Notes under the pieces: model-generated
Seen by the model: only the letters and a program-made list of their open reading frames with translations
Databases searched by the model: none
Told to the model about the DNA's origin: nothing
Source: Phormidesmis sp.
Lineage (GTDB): Bacteria; Cyanobacteriota; Cyanobacteriia; Leptolyngbyales; Leptolyngbyaceae
DNA length: 64,000 nt
NCBI GenBank assembly: GCA_965248535.1
Contig: CBDFJR010000002.1
Coordinates: 256,001-320,000 of the forward strand
Direction of reading: 5' to 3'
Shown here: positions 61,704 to 64,000 of the stretch, piece by piece
Layout: each line of letters begins with the position of its first letter
How positions within the stretch are numbered: the first letter of the stretch is position 1
Translations under genes and position numbers: made by a program

Positions 61704-62870
61704 ATGCAAATCTACTTAGATTACAGCGCAACCACTCCCACTCGCCCAGAGGCGATCGCGCTGATGCAACAAGTTTTAGCCAAACAGTGGGGCAACCCGT
61801 CCAGCCTGCACGCTTGGGGGCAACAGGCAGCCACCTTGCTAGAACGGTCACGAGTTCAGGTCGCCCGGTTGCTCAATGCGCCGCCCGAAGCGATCGTGTT
61901 TACCTCTGGCGGCACCGAGTCAAATAATCTAGCCGTGATGGGGGTGGCGCAGCGCTATTCAACGCCGCAGCATCTGGTGATTTCTAGTGTTGAACACTCA
62001 GCGATCGCTGAGCCTATCAAGCTTTTAGAACAGTGGGGCTGGCAGGTGACGCGGCTAGCAGTAGATTCAACGGGGCGAGTCAATCCGATCGCGCTTCAGG
62101 CGGCTTTGCGCCCCAACACGGTGCTGGTGTCGATTATTTATGGTCAAAGTGAGGTGGGCACGATTCAGCCGATCGCGCACCTAAGCCAGATCACTCGTGC
62201 TCATGGAGCCTTGTTTCACACTGATGCGGTGCAGGTGGCAGGGCGGTTGTCGCTTGATGTGCAGCAGCTTGCGGTTGATCTCGTCTCTCTCTCTAGTCAC
62301 AAAATTTATGGACCCCAAGGAGCCGGGGCACTCTATATCCGGCCGGGTGTGGAGTTGGTGCCGCTTTTGAGTGGCGGTGGTCAAGAATCAAAGCTACGAT
62401 CGGGCACTCAGGCCCTGCCCGCGATCGCCGGGTTTGGTCTCGCGGCTGAGTTGGCTGCTCAAGAAATGACGATCGAAACGCCTCGCTTATTAAAACTCAG
62501 AGAGCATTTGTTTGAGCAGTTGGCTGATGTGCAGGGCTTGGTGCCGACAGGCGATCGCTGGCATCGCCTCCCTCATCATCTCAGCTTCTCTATGCAAAAC
62601 GCAGATGGCGACACGCTCAACGGCAAGATGTTAGTGCGGCACATGAATCTAGCAGGAATCGGCATCAGCGCGGGGTCTGCCTGTCATAGCGGCAAGCTAG
62701 TGCCGAGTTCGATTTTAGTCGCAATGGGCTACAGCGATCGTCTAGCCAAGTCAGGCATTCGCCTCACATTGGGACGCGACACCACCCTCGAAGACCTAGA
62801 CTGGACTGCAATGGTGCTTAAGCAAGTTCTCGCTCGGCTCACACCGCAGCCCGTGTTGCTCAACGTCTGA
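61704..62870 (+). CDS. iscS: Cysteine desulfurase (IscS/NifS family)
   Basis: IYLDYSATTP, GNPSS.H, FTSGGTESNN, HTDAVQ, SSHKIYGP.G, SAGSACHS. Confidence 0.92.
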   Translation: MQIYLDYSATTPTRPEAIALMQQVLAKQWGNPSSLHAWGQQAATLLERSRVQVARLLNAPPEAIVFTSGGTESNNLAVMGVAQRYSTPQHLVISSVEHSAIAEPIKLLEQWGWQVTRLAVDSTGRVNPIALQAALRPNTVLVSIIYGQSEVGTIQPIAHLSQITRAHGALFHTDAVQVAGRLSLDVQQLAVDLVSLSSHKIYGPQGAGALYIRPGVELVPLLSGGGQESKLRSGTQALPAIAGFGLAAELAAQEMTIETPRLLKLREHLFEQLADVQGLVPTGDRWHRLPHHLSFSMQNADGDTLNGKMLVRHMNLAGIGISAGSACHSGKLVPSSILVAMGYSDRLAKSGIRLTLGRDTTLEDLDWTAMVLKQVLARLTPQPVLLNV

Positions 62871-62983
62871 TGAGCAACCCTAGCGACTCTAGGGTTATTC
62901 ATTAAGAATGCGGTGTCAACCGTATCTGCCACTTGTCGATTTAGCCTATCTTGATGTGATTCATCTCTCATGCGTCATCTTTT

Positions 62984-63793
62984 ATGCTTCATGGTTTCAT
63001 TCCGCCCGATCGCTTCTTTTCTTATTTAACGTGGACGGATATTCAGGCAATGCCGAACAAAGAAAATGTGGTGATTGTGCAGCCGATCGGGGCGATCGAG
63101 CAACACGGGCCCCACTTGCCGTTAGCCGTCGATGCCGCGATTAGTGTCGCAGTTTTAGGAAAAGCATTGAGCCAGTTAGATGCCAACATTCCCGCTTATG
63201 CGCTGCCCTGTTTAGAGTATGGGAAGTCAAACGAGCATTGGCACTTTCCGGGTACCATTACCCTCAGTGCTCAGACCCTAATCGCCGTGTTGATGGATGT
63301 AGCAGAAAGCGTCTATCGAGCCGGATTTCGCAAACTGGTGTTGATGAATTCTCACGGGGGGCAGCCGCAAATTATTGAGATTGTCGCCCGCGACCTGCAC
63401 CAAAAATATGAAGATTTCATCGTGTTTCCGCTCTTCACTTGGAAGGTGCCAAACCTACCGATCGAGCTTATTGCTCCCAAAGAATTAGCTCTCGGCATTC
63501 ACGCCGGAGACGCAGAGACCAGTCTGCTGCTGGCGATTTTGCCCGATCAGGTGAAGATGGAGCGAGCGGTAGCTGAGTATCCGCTTGATGAGCCGCGAGC
63601 CGGATTGTTAAGTATGGAAGGCGCACTGCCCTTTGCCTGGACAACGCGAGACTTGAGCAAAAGTGGGGTGTTGGGCGACCCACTGCCCGCTACTCAAGAA
63701 AAGGGCGATCGCTTGCTCAAAGCGCTGGCTGACGGGTGGGTTGAGGTGATCGAAGAAGTCTATAGGTTTCGACAGCCCCAAGCGTGGCGTTGA
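62984..63793 (+). CDS. Creatininase/creatinine amidohydrolase family protein
   Basis: PIGAIEQHGPHLPL..D, EH..FPGT, NSHGG, HAG..ETS, SGVLGDP..AT.EKG. Confidence 0.92.
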   Translation: MLHGFIPPDRFFSYLTWTDIQAMPNKENVVIVQPIGAIEQHGPHLPLAVDAAISVAVLGKALSQLDANIPAYALPCLEYGKSNEHWHFPGTITLSAQTLIAVLMDVAESVYRAGFRKLVLMNSHGGQPQIIEIVARDLHQKYEDFIVFPLFTWKVPNLPIELIAPKELALGIHAGDAETSLLLAILPDQVKMERAVAEYPLDEPRAGLLSMEGALPFAWTTRDLSKSGVLGDPLPATQEKGDRLLKALADGWVEVIEEVYRFRQPQAWR

Positions 63794-63893
63794 TGACGAT
63801 CGCTTACAAATCATCTAGGTTTGTAACACGCAGCACTCCTGATGCTGAGAGTTCATTAAAATCGGGAGTTATAACACCCATTGGAGCAGTCAA

Positions 63894-64000
63894 ATGGCAG
63901 ACCTCACCTGTAGGGTTCCGATTCCGACCACGATTAAAGAACTTGATGAAGCGGTTAAACGGTTTCAAGTCAGCGATTTGGACGACTCTGAGATTTATTG
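63894..64000 (+). CDS. Start of an unidentified CDS (3'-truncated by window edge)
   Basis: GGAG then ATG; MADLTCRVPIPTTIKELDEAVKRFQVSDLDDSEIY, open to the end of the window. Confidence 0.5.
   Translation, partial: MADLTCRVPIPTTIKELDEAVKRFQVSDLDDSEIY

Noticed and set aside
62984..63793. Creatininase as part of a RiPP (mycofactocin-like) cluster
   Set aside because: No precursor peptide, radical SAM or other mft genes nearby
63823..63836. GTA-N8-CAC as an NtcA site
   Set aside because: Imperfect, and overlaps the TTACAAA/TTTGTAA inverted repeat better explained as a hairpin after the creatininase gene

Overview
Chromosomal segment of a cyanobacterium. The HIP1 octamer GCGATCGC is dense throughout, and psb27, ccsB and a CCB2/CCB4 gene are present. 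Gene content (hmpF, hmp/pil taxis cluster) suggests a filamentous, motile lineage, possibly Leptolyngbyaceae-like (inference). Most of the window is core genome: nanE, pyrG, amidase, rre1/ycf29-like regulator, dacB, rph, trpB, SUI1, tilS, ccsB, adenosine deaminase, psb27, comA-like, iscS and creatininase. It also holds a complete type IV pilus chemosensory locus (hmpF + patA-cheY-cheW-MCP-cheA), a six-gene glycan export/synthesis cluster ending in a frameshifted epimerase, a divergent Zn/Mn ABC importer with a Zur-like box, a small RelE/YafQ-type toxin-antitoxin pair, and an IS1-like remnant fused to the 3' end of a partnerless ABC half-transporter. I saw no CRISPR array, rRNA, tRNA, prophage or intact mobile element, and I cannot claim a clearly new multi-gene system. 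The best leads are: (i) a stand-alone paralogue of the CheA N-terminus behind a perfect SigJ-type GGGAATACT box; (ii) an orphan gene with a LexA-like operator over its predicted transcription start; (iii) two small secreted proteins with candidate metal-binding motifs. All product calls come from motif recognition by eye, not from database searches.
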